NCBI GenBank assembly: GCA_036172245.1
Contig: JAYWIR010000026.1
Location: 930,001 to 994,000 of the forward strand
Direction: 5' to 3'
From: Raillietiella orientalis
Taxonomy: Eukaryota
DNA: 64,000 nt
Shown here: positions 46,901 through 58,900 of the stretch, piece after piece
Layout of the letters: each line of letters begins with the position of its first letter
Numbering within the stretch: position 1 is the first letter of the stretch
Made by a program: the position numbers and the translations under genes
The notes under the pieces: model-generated
Told to the model about the DNA's origin: nothing
The model's input: the letters and a program-made list of their open reading frames with translations, nothing else
Databases searched by the model: none

Positions 46901-49039
46901 CGGACTTGAGTTCCCCTCGAGCTTCAGGGTCGGCGATTGATGCAAGTCGCTTTTGCACCATCGAACTCAACGTCCAGGGGAATAAATCTTGCACTGTCGC
47001 ATCTGCAGAAGTCAGCAGTTTGAAACAAGTGCAAACCTAGCCTTAGTTAGGTGGTTTAGGTAGGCCGACACATTTTCGGATGGTGCCTTCTTGATGGCTT
47101 AATTATTTGGTAAACTGACTCATTTTTAAACGAACTGTCTGGTGCTGTTGTTTAGGAACGTCCATTTCGGCTTCCTGAATATCCTCAGCCATCGATGATG
47201 CATCAAGACAGAAAACGTGCTCATGGTATTTGCACGACTTGTTGAAGTCGTGTTCCGCCAGACCACTTTTGCCGATCTTAAAACTGGCTTTTCCTACTTC
47301 TCCTAACGTCTTGTAGCGATGACCAGTTGTTGGGATTGAGCGGTGGTTTGTATTCTCCAGGAACCATGAGGACTCCAGCAGAGCCCATCGTTTGGATCCT
47401 CTCTCGAAGCCGCAACGCCCTGATAGGTTAGTACGGAATTTCCCCCAAGCGACAGTCCAAGCATTCTTGGATTGAAATCAAGAGTTTTGCTAAAGAAAGC
47501 GGATCTAAAGGGATGTTTTTGCTTCATTCCTCAGGGAATCCAAACGTTCCTCATGATCAATACATTTCTGTGTACAGACGCATTTTGACGATTTCCGGCT
47601 TTGTGACGGATAAGTATTCTAACCAAAAATTAAGAATGTTTTAATCATTAAAGTTGTGCACTGCATGGAGCATTAGTTGACAACTATGATGAAATTATCA
47701 GTAGCGAGGTACCGTACAGGATCATTTCATAATAATGATGTGCATTTAAAATTCATGCACTAGAAACAAATTGTAACCAGTTGTTAATATGAATTTTTGG
47801 CACTCCCTAAATTTTTCATTCGGCGAAGAAAGATTTGGTTTTATATTAAGCATAAGATCACTTGATTTTATATTCAATAGAATAAACTATCCGAATATAC
47901 TGAGTTATGGATTTTTGATTACCTTCTTTCCTTATTATTTATTCTTATGTAAATGGAATTCATCTTCAAGCACTCAGATCTTTCAAGGCAGATATCTAAT
48001 AAATTCATTAATTACACTTTAGGTAATTTTTGGTGCATTTCGGAACGCCGATCTCCTTTTAAGTTCACCGAGCACTCTACATGCCTAAATCTGTGCCCAA
48101 ACTAAATCTTTACAAGGGAAGCAGACAAATTCTATAAATTGCTCTCCGTGATCGAGTTAACAGTAACTTGGAAGCACTTTTGTTCCTTAGTCTTCGATGT
48201 ATCATAGTAGTTGCTACGGTAATTGGAGTATGCAAGTCCTTCTTCACACACTGTGCTTTAACGTTCAAACTTTCCTTCTCTACGAATGCTATATGCTAAC
48301 CTTCCAATACAAATCTTTTTAACATATCAAAGTTTTCCTTAATCCTCATTTCATAATTAAATTTTCATGTTTGAAAATAATCTAGGTCGATTGCATTTTT
48401 GAAAATAGATCTGAGTGATCTGAGTATATCTCTTCACATATCTGCATGTATTTTGTGTTTTATCGTGTCCGTGGTTCACGTAACACGAGATTGCCGAAAA
48501 AGTTTTATGATTGAAAAATTATTGAGAATCATATGCTAATCCATAATCTATAAGAATCTATAATTTTTGTATGCTCTTTTTATGATAATATGAATAAAAT
48601 AATCTTCTATCGACTGTAAATGACAAAATTTAAAAATTAAAAGCCTTTGTGATCTAATATATGTCAATTCAGAAGGTTTCCTCCATTTACGTAGAAAACT
48701 TAGTTTTTGTCAGTCTAAGAAGTTATACGGAGCTATTTGGAAATTTCTGAATTTTTTTCTACAGCTGATTCGTAATCTTTTTGGAATAGAAAGTGAATAT
48801 ATGAATAATAAGTGAATTTTTCTGTAGCTGGAGGTGATATGCTTGGCAATTCTTGAATATTTGGAATGAAAACATAACCTTTGTTATTGAGTATGACGAA
48901 ATATTTACGCATACGAATACAAAAGGATATAACGTAGTTGATTTCACATGAAGTATGCAAAATGAAAGCTTCGTAATACTAGGTTTGGTATTATGTTGAA
49001 GCTTCTCATGTGCATAACTGTGTTTTCTTAACTACTAAG

Positions 49040-50345
49040 ATGTCATCGCTTCCTGAAGCCATCATTAAGAAGTATTTTGAAAATTATGCTTCTTGTGATT
49101 TTGATATCCTTTATGTGCCTAAAATTAATCAAAGACAGCGGATTCCTTCTGTATTATTGATGGATGATTGCGACATTGATCATGCTGGGTCACAAGCAGA
49201 GATTTGTGAAACTTGTTGTGGTGTAAGAGAATTGGATTTGGCACATAATAAATTAACTTCTTGGAAAGAGGTATGATATTGTGCAACTATTAATATGTAT
49301 ACTTTGGATCTTTGTTAAGGTAAATAAAATTCTTAGCCAAATTCCAAATCTACTGTTTCTGAATTTAAGTTTTAATAAATTAGGAGAAGATAAAACCGTT
49401 TTCTCAAAAGGCTTAGTACTTCCCACATTAAAGAAACTTGTTTTAAATGGGACCTTTATCAGTTGGTCTACAATTCAAAGCATATTAAGAAACGCACCAT
49501 GGTAAGTCAGATATATGTGCAGGAGACAATTTGTTGTGATCAGTTTAGAAGAACTTCACTTGAGTTTAAATGGTTTGGAGACAGTGTTCTGTCAAGAAAG
49601 ACATTCTAATGTGAAAGTTTTACATTATTCAAAGAATCCACTGAGGCAATGGGAAGAACTTCACAAGATGGGAGAAGTGTTCCCTCATCTGCAACATTTG
49701 ATATTGGCAGAGTGCCCCATTTCAATGTTTGGTCCCCTTTCATTTTCTTTAATGTTTCCAGAATTGCAATCCATAAATCTAAATGAATCACTGCTGGATA
49801 GTTGGGAAGAATTGGACAAATTAGCAACTTTGCTTTCATTAGTAGACCTCAGATTATATCGCTGTCCATTATTAAAGCACTACAACCATACTGAACGTAG
49901 ACAATTGCTAATAGCCCGATTACCCAATATCCATCGTCTTAATGGGAGTACAGTAACTTGTCAAGAAAGAGAAGACTGTGAACGTGCTTTTATTCGACAC
50001 TGCCGATTGAAGCAAGAGCCCCTACCTGCACGATTCTGGGAATTAGTCAAAATTCATGGACTGCTGGATCCTCTAATTGATGTTGATTTTAAGCCCCCTA
50101 CCGAAGCTCTTATAAACATTCAATATGGAGAGCACGAAGAACAGTTAACTGTCTCTGTGTATTTAACTGTACAGCAGCTTAAAAGGCTCCTGTTTCCAAT
50201 AACCAAATTGCAACCAAAAAGTATGCGCCTTTATTATGTTGATCAGGAGGGAATCTTTGGGCCTGAGGAGATGCGTTTCAAAAATAAGAAATTGTATACA
50301 TATAACATGCAAAGTGGTGATGCGATAATAGTAGACAACAAATGA
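49040..50345 (+). CDS. TBCEL: Tubulin-specific chaperone cofactor E-like protein (LRR + C-terminal ubiquitin-like domain), 404 aa; exons 49040-49270, 49320-49501, 49544-50345
   Basis: PSVLLMDDCDIDHAG...VRELDLAHNKLTSWKEV, LRRs, RRQLLIARLPNIHRLNGS...EREDCERAFIR, HGLLDPLIDVD, GPEEMRFKNKKLYTYNMQSGDAIIVD. No CAP-Gly domain. GT-AG introns of 49 and 42 nt restore one frame. Confidence 0.93.
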
Positions 50346-53259
50346 GGACTTCACAGCTAACCGATTAAATTAGTCTTTGACATTTCAAAGCGTTTATGAT
50401 GAATCCCAGATGAAATTTCTGAATTGATACCAGTGATATCAATTTCTTTACATCCCATTTGATTGATTGTATTGAAATTCCGAAAACAGTAAAATAAAGT
50501 AGTATTTTGGGTCATTCACAATGTTTCCTGTGAGTTCTTGTTTGCCTACTAATAGCTCGAATCCATGACGCAGTTGCTTCAGCGACAGCAAAATTCGGGA
50601 TGGGTGGTGTTTTGGAACCACGAACGTGTCCAAAGTGGTTTGCACCGAACGTTTTGTGCCCAGCGTACGTGTTTAGTGTAAATCCTAAATCGTGCACAGG
50701 AAGTAATCACGAATTTGCACAAGTTTACTTTGCCGCATCGTTTCACGTTAAACGCATGTAAATGTGAATATCGTAATGCAAGTGTTCCCTAATGAACTGC
50801 GAATATTCCAAAAGTAAACCGTGATTCACGAACTGGGTGGACGTGAAACGCTAAAAAAAAAAAAAAAAAAATCCATTTACGCAATCCCTTCGCAGTCGAT
50901 ATTTCGAGCAACGTGACCAAAATTTCATGAACGGCAGGGGAAATCTGTCTATTGAGCACAACTAGTGCTACTTATTTTTGCATTCTGCATTTCATTCAAT
51001 TCAAGCTTGTTTCTCTTTTACTGTCGCCTCTGTATTGACATCCTGTACTCTTTTGAAAAGAAAGAAAGAAAAAGCCCCATAAGACAATACCGTTCTTAAT
51101 GAGGAAATTTTCCTCCCCTGGGGTTTGGCAACGCACTTCCTCCCGTCATTCATGCGTCGTTGCTAGGATACAACCAGTTTTGCGTAGACGCTTCCGTCTC
51201 GACATCCTTGCATCAGGTTTGTATCTCTCGGATCCCGCGGTCAGTAAAGGAGAAGGTCGCATGGTGGTTTTGGCAAACTGAGGTTGATGGAAATCGTTGC
51301 AGAGCGACTACGCTGTTCTATGTTTCCTTACATCTTCCCTTAGTAGCCTTTCGCCCATTCATCAACAATTCCACTTCTCTAGTAGAAAAAATCCTGACGA
51401 AAGAACGTATAGGGAAAAAAAAAGAAAAGAAGTGGACGCGATTACACCTCCTTTGAGATAGAATCAGGAATGGATGTGCTTGCGATTTAGCGATAAGATG
51501 CATCATTCTGTTAACATACTCTTTCGTCTTGGTCGACTGTTCAAAATATTTCGATTTCCATCTCATCATTTTTTATTGCATACATACATAAGGTAATACA
51601 ATGATTGCGTCCAAAGCGCTCCAGAAGGATTTATTGTGTGAGACATTCAGTTCACTTTTGTTTACTGGTTTTACTGTTTGCTTTCCTCTGTTTCTCCGAT
51701 TCTCTACAAGCACTCATCTAGCTCATGTTGGGTGCTTCGCGACAACTTATTCGGAAAACTGATTAATCTCGTAATTTCGAAAAATTAGCTCGTGTAGGCA
51801 CCTGGTGCTTCAGGATACGAACGGTGGTAATCAGCCACAAATCGTTCATTTCAATCTGTTATAAATCGCAGCGAACCTTCGGCATCCCGTCTGAAAATCT
51901 TCATTCGAGTATTTAGGTACTCAGAGCATCCTTCACCTAAGTTTTATGACCTAGGGAATCTCGTAATCGCGAGCAATCTCTTTTTTTTTCTCTTCGAATC
52001 AGAGTGTGTTAAACAGTCTATACAGAGTCTTTTGCATTCTGGTCTGTGTGACGCTAAGGCTTTTTCACAAGGACTGCACTGCTTTCGAAATGATCTGCAC
52101 CGAGTTGCGGATGAAGCAAAAGATTGTATTTGAAAAATTTAGGAGGAAATGTAAAACACAGATGCATTTTATATGAAAAGATTTGACTCCTTTAGATTTC
52201 GTATCATTATACTTAAGAGCCGAAAAGGAAAACTTTTCGAGACATTCTCCTGTTGTTTTAAAACGCACAAAATGCAGAGAAAAATTTTTCTGTGTTTTGA
52301 ATCTGAGCAAAGCGTTAGAAATATCCACTGGTAAGGGTATCTGCGAATATATTTTTATAAACCTCCCGAAATCTGAATAAATGCAAACGATAGATTTAAT
52401 GGATTCTGACATCAGAAGTTAAATAGCATCCATGGGAAAGAAAAAGTAAAGCTAATCCATCTATGAAGTGAGTCAGATGGTGAAAATTTCATAAACCCTG
52501 TTTTTCTCATAGCCTTTTTTTTTCTCGTTTGATTTTATATGATAACGATATGGGTCTCCTATGCAAACCAAGGGATTTAAGCAGCCCCTGGTCCCAGATA
52601 GGAGTCGGTTCCGTAGATAAACCACATATATTTCTAAAAGCCTATGGTAAACATGCTTCAGCTTTTTCCGGAAAGTCTCGAGAAATAATAACGAAAAGAT
52701 GACTGTCTGCATCGTCATCGTACGCGTCCAGAGCGACGCCAAATTGTCTTTGGGGGATTTACAACACAGCCCCTGGCAAACGGAGGTCCCCGAAACTTCT
52801 AAAGGTCTTCTCTCGTTTGTTTCCGTTCATCGTATTTCGTTGCAGAGCACACTGCCATCTACAACCATCCTCTTATAAAAATATCGATTTGCCATTTGCA
52901 AGTGTCCAAATTTGTAGAGAGCACTTTGTGGAGAGTAACGTACCGCTCGGTGTTCTTGTGGGAACCCTCTGCAGCAAAACTGATTGTGTCTCACCACTTA
53001 TTGAAGGATTTCACGAGACTGACGGTTGCATAACCGGCGACCAGTTGACAACAGTTTGTTCATTACAGAAAGTTTCCCCTAGAGCCAGGAAGAGAGAACG
53101 TTTTGTGAAGTAGGCCGTGTTCGGTTGTCGGAATCCCAGGAGCAAAGCAGTAAATGCAAGTTTAAAAGTGATCATTGCTATAGTCGTACTTTGGTTTGCA
53201 GCAGAAATGTTAAGCGTACGTTAGGTGTTCAAAGGTAGCATTCTGTATTTTAACGAAAA

Positions 53260-55872
53260 ATGGAAGTTTCCGAAGTGGCGAATGCTCATACATATGACGA
53301 AGAACTGAATCTTAGTCATCAGAATTTGGAGCATTTAGAAAAGTCTCCCAATTGCCAAGTTTCGGCCCTAATTTTGGACCATAACAAATTGACCAAATTA
53401 GAACATATCGAAACTTATGGGAATCTGCAAAAGGTATCATGTAAAATTCGTTTCCACTGTTTACAGTTTTGTGTTCCTATAGTTGTCTGCAGCCTATAAT
53501 GGATTAGCACGAATGTACAGTATATCACGCCTTTATACAATTAAGTACCTGGATTTATCAAACAATAATATCGTCTCCATAGAAGGCTTGCGGGATATGA
53601 TTCATCTGAAATATTTAAATCTTTCTGGAAATAATTTAAAGGTACTGTAATTGTTTTTTGTTCATTTTCTACTGTTTGACATATTTAGGTCCTGGAGCAT
53701 CTTCTTTCAAACATTAACATTGAACATCTGGATGTATCCCATAACAGCATAGTCAAGATATCTGACCTGTCTCATATGATCAAGTTAAAGGTTAGACTGG
53801 AGATAGGTGCAGTTGAAGCTGCTAGGAATATTTACAGCGGCTACATCTGCATGCCAATCGTATCAACACTCTCAAATGGTGTGAACGCTTCCTCCCTCTC
53901 TCATTAGAAGTGCTCACATTAGCCAGCAACAGGATTGCAGATCTCACTGAGTTATGTTATTTGCGACATCTGACAGTATTACAACAGTTGACAATACATT
54001 CCAATCCATGTGTTCAGAACCTGTATCCTTTGCAGTAACCATTATGTTTTGTAATTCTTAACACACCAGTCAGTTCGATCCTCGTCCTTATATTATTAAT
54101 TGGTGTCTTAGTCTTTCTTTATTAGATAAAGAAAACGTTACGCCTAAGGAATGGTTAGTAGAAGTCGTTTGTTTGTTTTTCATTTTGCTTTCACAGTCTC
54201 AAGGCTGAATGGTTATACTCCCAAGGGCGAGGACGTGGCTTTGCTCCTGGAGAGCATTTCAAACTTTGTGAATACTTGAAATCTGTTTGTCCTCTAGGAC
54301 AAGATTTGGGAGCAAGTCGGTCTGAGGAAGATGAGCATCTAATGCGCATTCTTTCCAAGGCTAAACAGCATCAAAAGGAACTCCAAACCTTGCCCAAAGA
54401 GGTGAGAATCAGAGGTTGATAGTGAACAATGAGCACTTTTTCAGAATTCGCCCAAGAAGATTTTCAAGAAAAGCACATCCAAATTGCGTATGATATCTCA
54501 ACGGGGAAATAATGTTAAGACTTCATTACACAGAGGACGTCCTTTCAACTTCGAGCTGTTGTCTTCAATTTATGGAGCTGAGGATTCGGGAGTTGATTTA
54601 ATGACTCAAAGCTGTGTAGGCAGCTTGTCATCCCCCTCTAACTATATTTCTTCAAAAAGTGATCTGATGACCCAAAGTCTGGATTCGCATGCTCTGTCTT
54701 TATCTTTGGGAAGCACTGACCTGCAGCAACAGAACGGATGGACATGTAAGAGACCAAACAGCTTGCAGGTGAGCCAACATTCTAGTCGCAGTGATGCATC
54801 TACATTGGACATTAGTGAAGGTTTGTAAAGAATGTTGTTATGGCATAAACAATTCACTTATTAAAGGATCAATGTGCAGCCAATTATCTGGAATCTCTCA
54901 GTTCGTTCCTGCACCTGAAAGCATTCTTAGTCCTGATCTCTGTCCACCTTGCAGGAAACCAATTGTAAATCAGTCATTTAGACGTGTAACTTCAGGTGCA
55001 TCTGCACACCAGCACAAAACAATCACAAACATAAGAACAGTTCATAGTGCACCTACTCCTCTTAGAAACACTACATCTGTTAAAATTCCAAATAAAAAAG
55101 AAACAGTTGTGAAAACAGCAACAGCTACATGTTCCAGAATGCCTTTGTCCAATGATTATGCAGGTGGTGATACTAGTGACAGCAATGAAAGTGAAATCTC
55201 CATGTCAAAGCTGGTGGTCATCAGAAAAAAGGCATCTCAGAAGCGAATGCAAGAGAAACCTCAGCAAGAAAAACTGCAAAACAAAGCAGCTAGTCTTATC
55301 CAAAAAGTATGGAGAGGTTATGCAACACGCCATTTAAATCCTCGAGTGTTACGCATTCTCCAACAAATTCAAATCCATAGAGCAGAGGAACATATTTGGT
55401 GAGTTCATTTGACTACTATCTCAGCTGATATTATTTTGTAGTAAACTGACTAAAGATCTGATGCAGACACGAGTAGCTCTGGATCGGGAAAAACAACTGC
55501 GATCTCTTCAGACAGATGCAATCCGTGGCTTATGGCAAGAGGTGATTGGAAAATTTAAAGTTTGTTTTATGCTGCATTTAGGTTCAGGCCCTACATTTGA
55601 AGAGCCTCCCTGCTTCTGGATCAGAGACTTTCATGGATAACAGTGCTGTTCAAGGAGCCATTCAGGAAGTATCCCATACTTGCACTATGCTGCAGGAGCA
55701 AGTACATGGCATTCAACTGATGCTACAGGCGATGTTACAACCTTCACTGAAGGTTGCTGTGGGCACGAACACCAATTGGACTTTCACTTTCATTATGGAA
55801 ACTATTCTTATGTATGCTGAACACTTGGTTACCAGCATATTACAGTCAGCCTACAGTGAATGGAAATCTTAA
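53260..55872 (+). CDS. CEP97: Centrosomal protein 97 (LRR + IQ motif); exons 53260-53433, 53483-53641, 53689-53790, 53838-54022, 54070-54153, 54197-54401, 54445-54820, 54867-55398, 55442-55541, 55582-55872
   Basis: N-terminal LRRs, then NPCV..FDPRPYIINWCLSL...LKAEWLYSQGRGRGFAPGEHFKLCEYLKSVCPL (characteristic of CEP97). These are followed by IQ motif AASLIQKVWRGYATR and a coiled coil LDREKQLRSLQTDAIRGLWQEV. Nine introns of 40-49 nt, all phase-consistent. Confidence 0.92.
54023..54069 (+). other. U12-type (minor spliceosome) GT-AG intron, 47 nt
   Basis: 5' site GTATCCTTT, branch-site-like TTCTTAAC at 54055-54062, no polypyrimidine tract, 3' CAG. Removal restores the frame NPCVQNL/QFDPRPY. Confidence 0.85.
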
Positions 55873-55940
55873 TTTTCAATGCTAATGCTCAGATAAATTC
55901 TAGTCGTATTAATGGTAAATCCTTTATTATCAAAAATTTC

Positions 55941-58900
55941 TCATGAAGAAAAATTGAGGATCAGATCATATTGCTGGTCAAGGCCCAGATAGCAATCTGA
56001 CATCAAGTAGAGGATCAAACACATTTTATCTAGGCATACAGTAGACACACATAGTCTTAAATCTCCTTACCTGAACATGGCCGAGGTGTTTGGAAAGACA
56101 GCAGCTGTGTAGTTGAACTTCTAAAGGGAGCTACCCTTTTCAGTGCCAGTAATTCTCCAGAATCAGGAAGCCCCAACAGAAGGAACCAACCCTCTTCTTT
56201 TGTCTTGGGGAATTTAGGACAAAATGCAAATCTGCTGTATTTTTTGGCAGTGGTGCAACATGTCAGCTTTACATGCAGTGAATACTGCTGGTCATGAAGC
56301 ACAGAAAATGTAGGCACACAGCTATCCGTTGGACACATTTCCATCAGAGTTCCTTTACATGACTGCATTCTCAAAACTATCCTTATCTTTGGCAGCACAT
56401 GCAATGTTTGCAAAATATCTTCTATTTGACTTGATTCTAGTAAAGCTCCCAGTTTGGAATAAAGCTGCTCACTGATGGTATTGCAATGTAATAAATCCGG
56501 TAGTGTAAGCATAGGATACGAGGCTGATCTAAAAATCACATTTTTTTACATAACATAAAAACCACCTCACTTCAGGTAATAGAGATGACGGTTCTCTAAA
56601 TGGGGAAGAATGGTGATACTATTGCTGGTTAGCCAGCAACCTTGAACTACCATTTGCAACAAGTGTATAACAAGCAAACTGGTAGACAGCCAACTTTGTG
56701 CAGCACACATGTCAGTCATTGCCTACAAAGACAGTTTTCATTGAATTCCTACAGCAAAATTACCTGTAGTACTCTAATAGTCTGATCCAACACGGATTTC
56801 AAGTCAGTTTCATAATCTACACAAGGCAAGGGGATTTGAGAGAAATGTGCTTGCAACAGCAAGAAAGTCTTGGTATGAGGGTTATCAAAGGGCATACTGC
56901 CAACAGGCAGAGGGCACATTGATGCCATATTGCTAATAAACATAAGTAACAAAACAATTATTAATTTTTTTGGCCTCTTGCCTGTTCATAATGTCTTCAT
57001 TATGCCGAACAGGCAATTCATTATATTCATGTGCATGACAAAGTAGTATTAGCAGGGATTCGAGACTACTGTTAGCTTGCAAAGACGTCCTAAACAACTT
57101 AATCGTGATATGAGATATGTAATAATACGAGGATATCTGCCCTAAAGCAGTTGGTGAAACAGATCCATCCTCCTGTCGAACTGCTTGTGAACATGCTAGT
57201 GGATGCAAAACAATGCTAACCTTAGTTATAATGCAACCCGCATCTTCTAGTTCGTTGAATGATTTCTGCACTGTTTCGGATAAATAAGCGTTGATAGTTG
57301 ACTGCTCCAGATTTTCCAGTTGATAATAAGAGGGGTTTTCCAGTAAACGACGGAAAAAGTATGTCCATGTGAGGTAATCCAGGGCATCTTGTCGTGTGGC
57401 GATAGTAGCAGCAACAATTTCAGCATTCAAGTGCTCCGGTAACACACACTGAAGACTGGATTCTACAGGAAAGGGCTCGTACAGGAATTTCTTATAGAAA
57501 TTTTTCTTGATATCGTGAACTAATATGACTGCTACGCCATGGTCATCAAATTGAGGTCGGCCTGCTCGTCCCATCATTTGTAGAACGTCTGTAATGGGAA
57601 AATCTACGTATCGCTTGGTCTTGCCATCATAATATTCAGTGCCTTTGACCACCACTAAGTGTGCTGGGAAATTCACTCCCCATGCTAAAGTGGAAGTTGC
57701 AATCAATACCTAACAGCAACATAGTTTTTAAATTCACACTGCTATCCGCTTACTTGAATTTTTTGTTGCACAAATAATTCCTCGATCAGACGTCGATCTT
57801 CTTCCTGCAGTCCTGCATGATGGATGCCAATACCAAATGATAAAGTCAGCTTCAAATTAACATCATGTACACAAGAGAGAATCATATCTAACTAATAACA
57901 GAAGAATGCTGTCTTCACACTTGGCAAACCATCAAAACGGTAAACCTCTGTTTCTCCAATATGAATCCACTGTTTTGGATTATCTTCTGCTGCCAAATGA
58001 GATATCAAATCTAGTGCTGTCAAGCGAGTTTGTCGGCGTGATGATACAAACACTAAGGCAGGTTTCTCAGGAGAATGGGTACGGATAGCTGAAGACAGCA
58101 TTTTATGTGATTTCATTTATATGCACTTTACCCTGAAATGTGGGTTTATTCATTGTTGCCATACGTGGACAATAATGTTTCCCTGGGAATCCAGAAATAT
58201 GTACTTCCAGAGGTACAGGGCGTACAGAAGGACGGAAGTTATATAAACCCATCTGAACAGCAAAGAGGAAATAAGATGTTATCCTGCTGTTGAACTGCTT
58301 ACCTCACCAATACCCAGCCAATCAGCTAAGTCAGGTGCATTAGCCAAGGCTGTAGATAGACCTATTATACGTAAGGTGCGCCCAGTGTGACTGGCAATGT
58401 AATTCACTCTTGAAACAATGACTTCCAACACAGGACCCCTATCCTCTCCTACAAAACTGCATGTTCTATCATCTCAAAGACAACAGGTCAATCAATACCC
58501 AAAAGATGTATTTCATCAATGATCATAAGAGAGATAGCACGTACATAACTTCGTGTCTGCCAGCTACGACTTACACCATCCCATTTCTCAGGAGTGGTTA
58601 TGATTACATCTGCTTTAAGAATTGACTGGATATCTGGTGTTACGTCACCAGTGAGTTCCGTAACATTTTTTCCCAGGTGGCCCTGCAGGCGTTTGGTCCA
58701 ATCAAGCATTCTTTCTCTTGCGAGTGCTTTCAAAGGTGCCACATAAACTACTTTTCCGTCAGGATATTCTTGAAATACACGGAACATGGCAATTTCAGCA
58801 GCAATAGTTTTCCCTGAGCCTGTTGGTGCTCCCAAAAGCACATTGTTATCAGTGTAATACAGACAATGAAATAATTGCGTTTGAATAGGATTAAAATAAG

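Noticed and set aside
48922..48930. Minus-strand ATATCCTTT (possible AT-AC donor)
   Set aside because: No convincing branch site and no supportable host gene.
49104..49112. ATATCCTTT, a perfect U12 AT-AC donor motif in TBCEL exon 1
   Set aside because: It lies in continuous coding sequence (DILYVPK) that fits TBCEL homologs, and there is no suitable branch site or acceptor.
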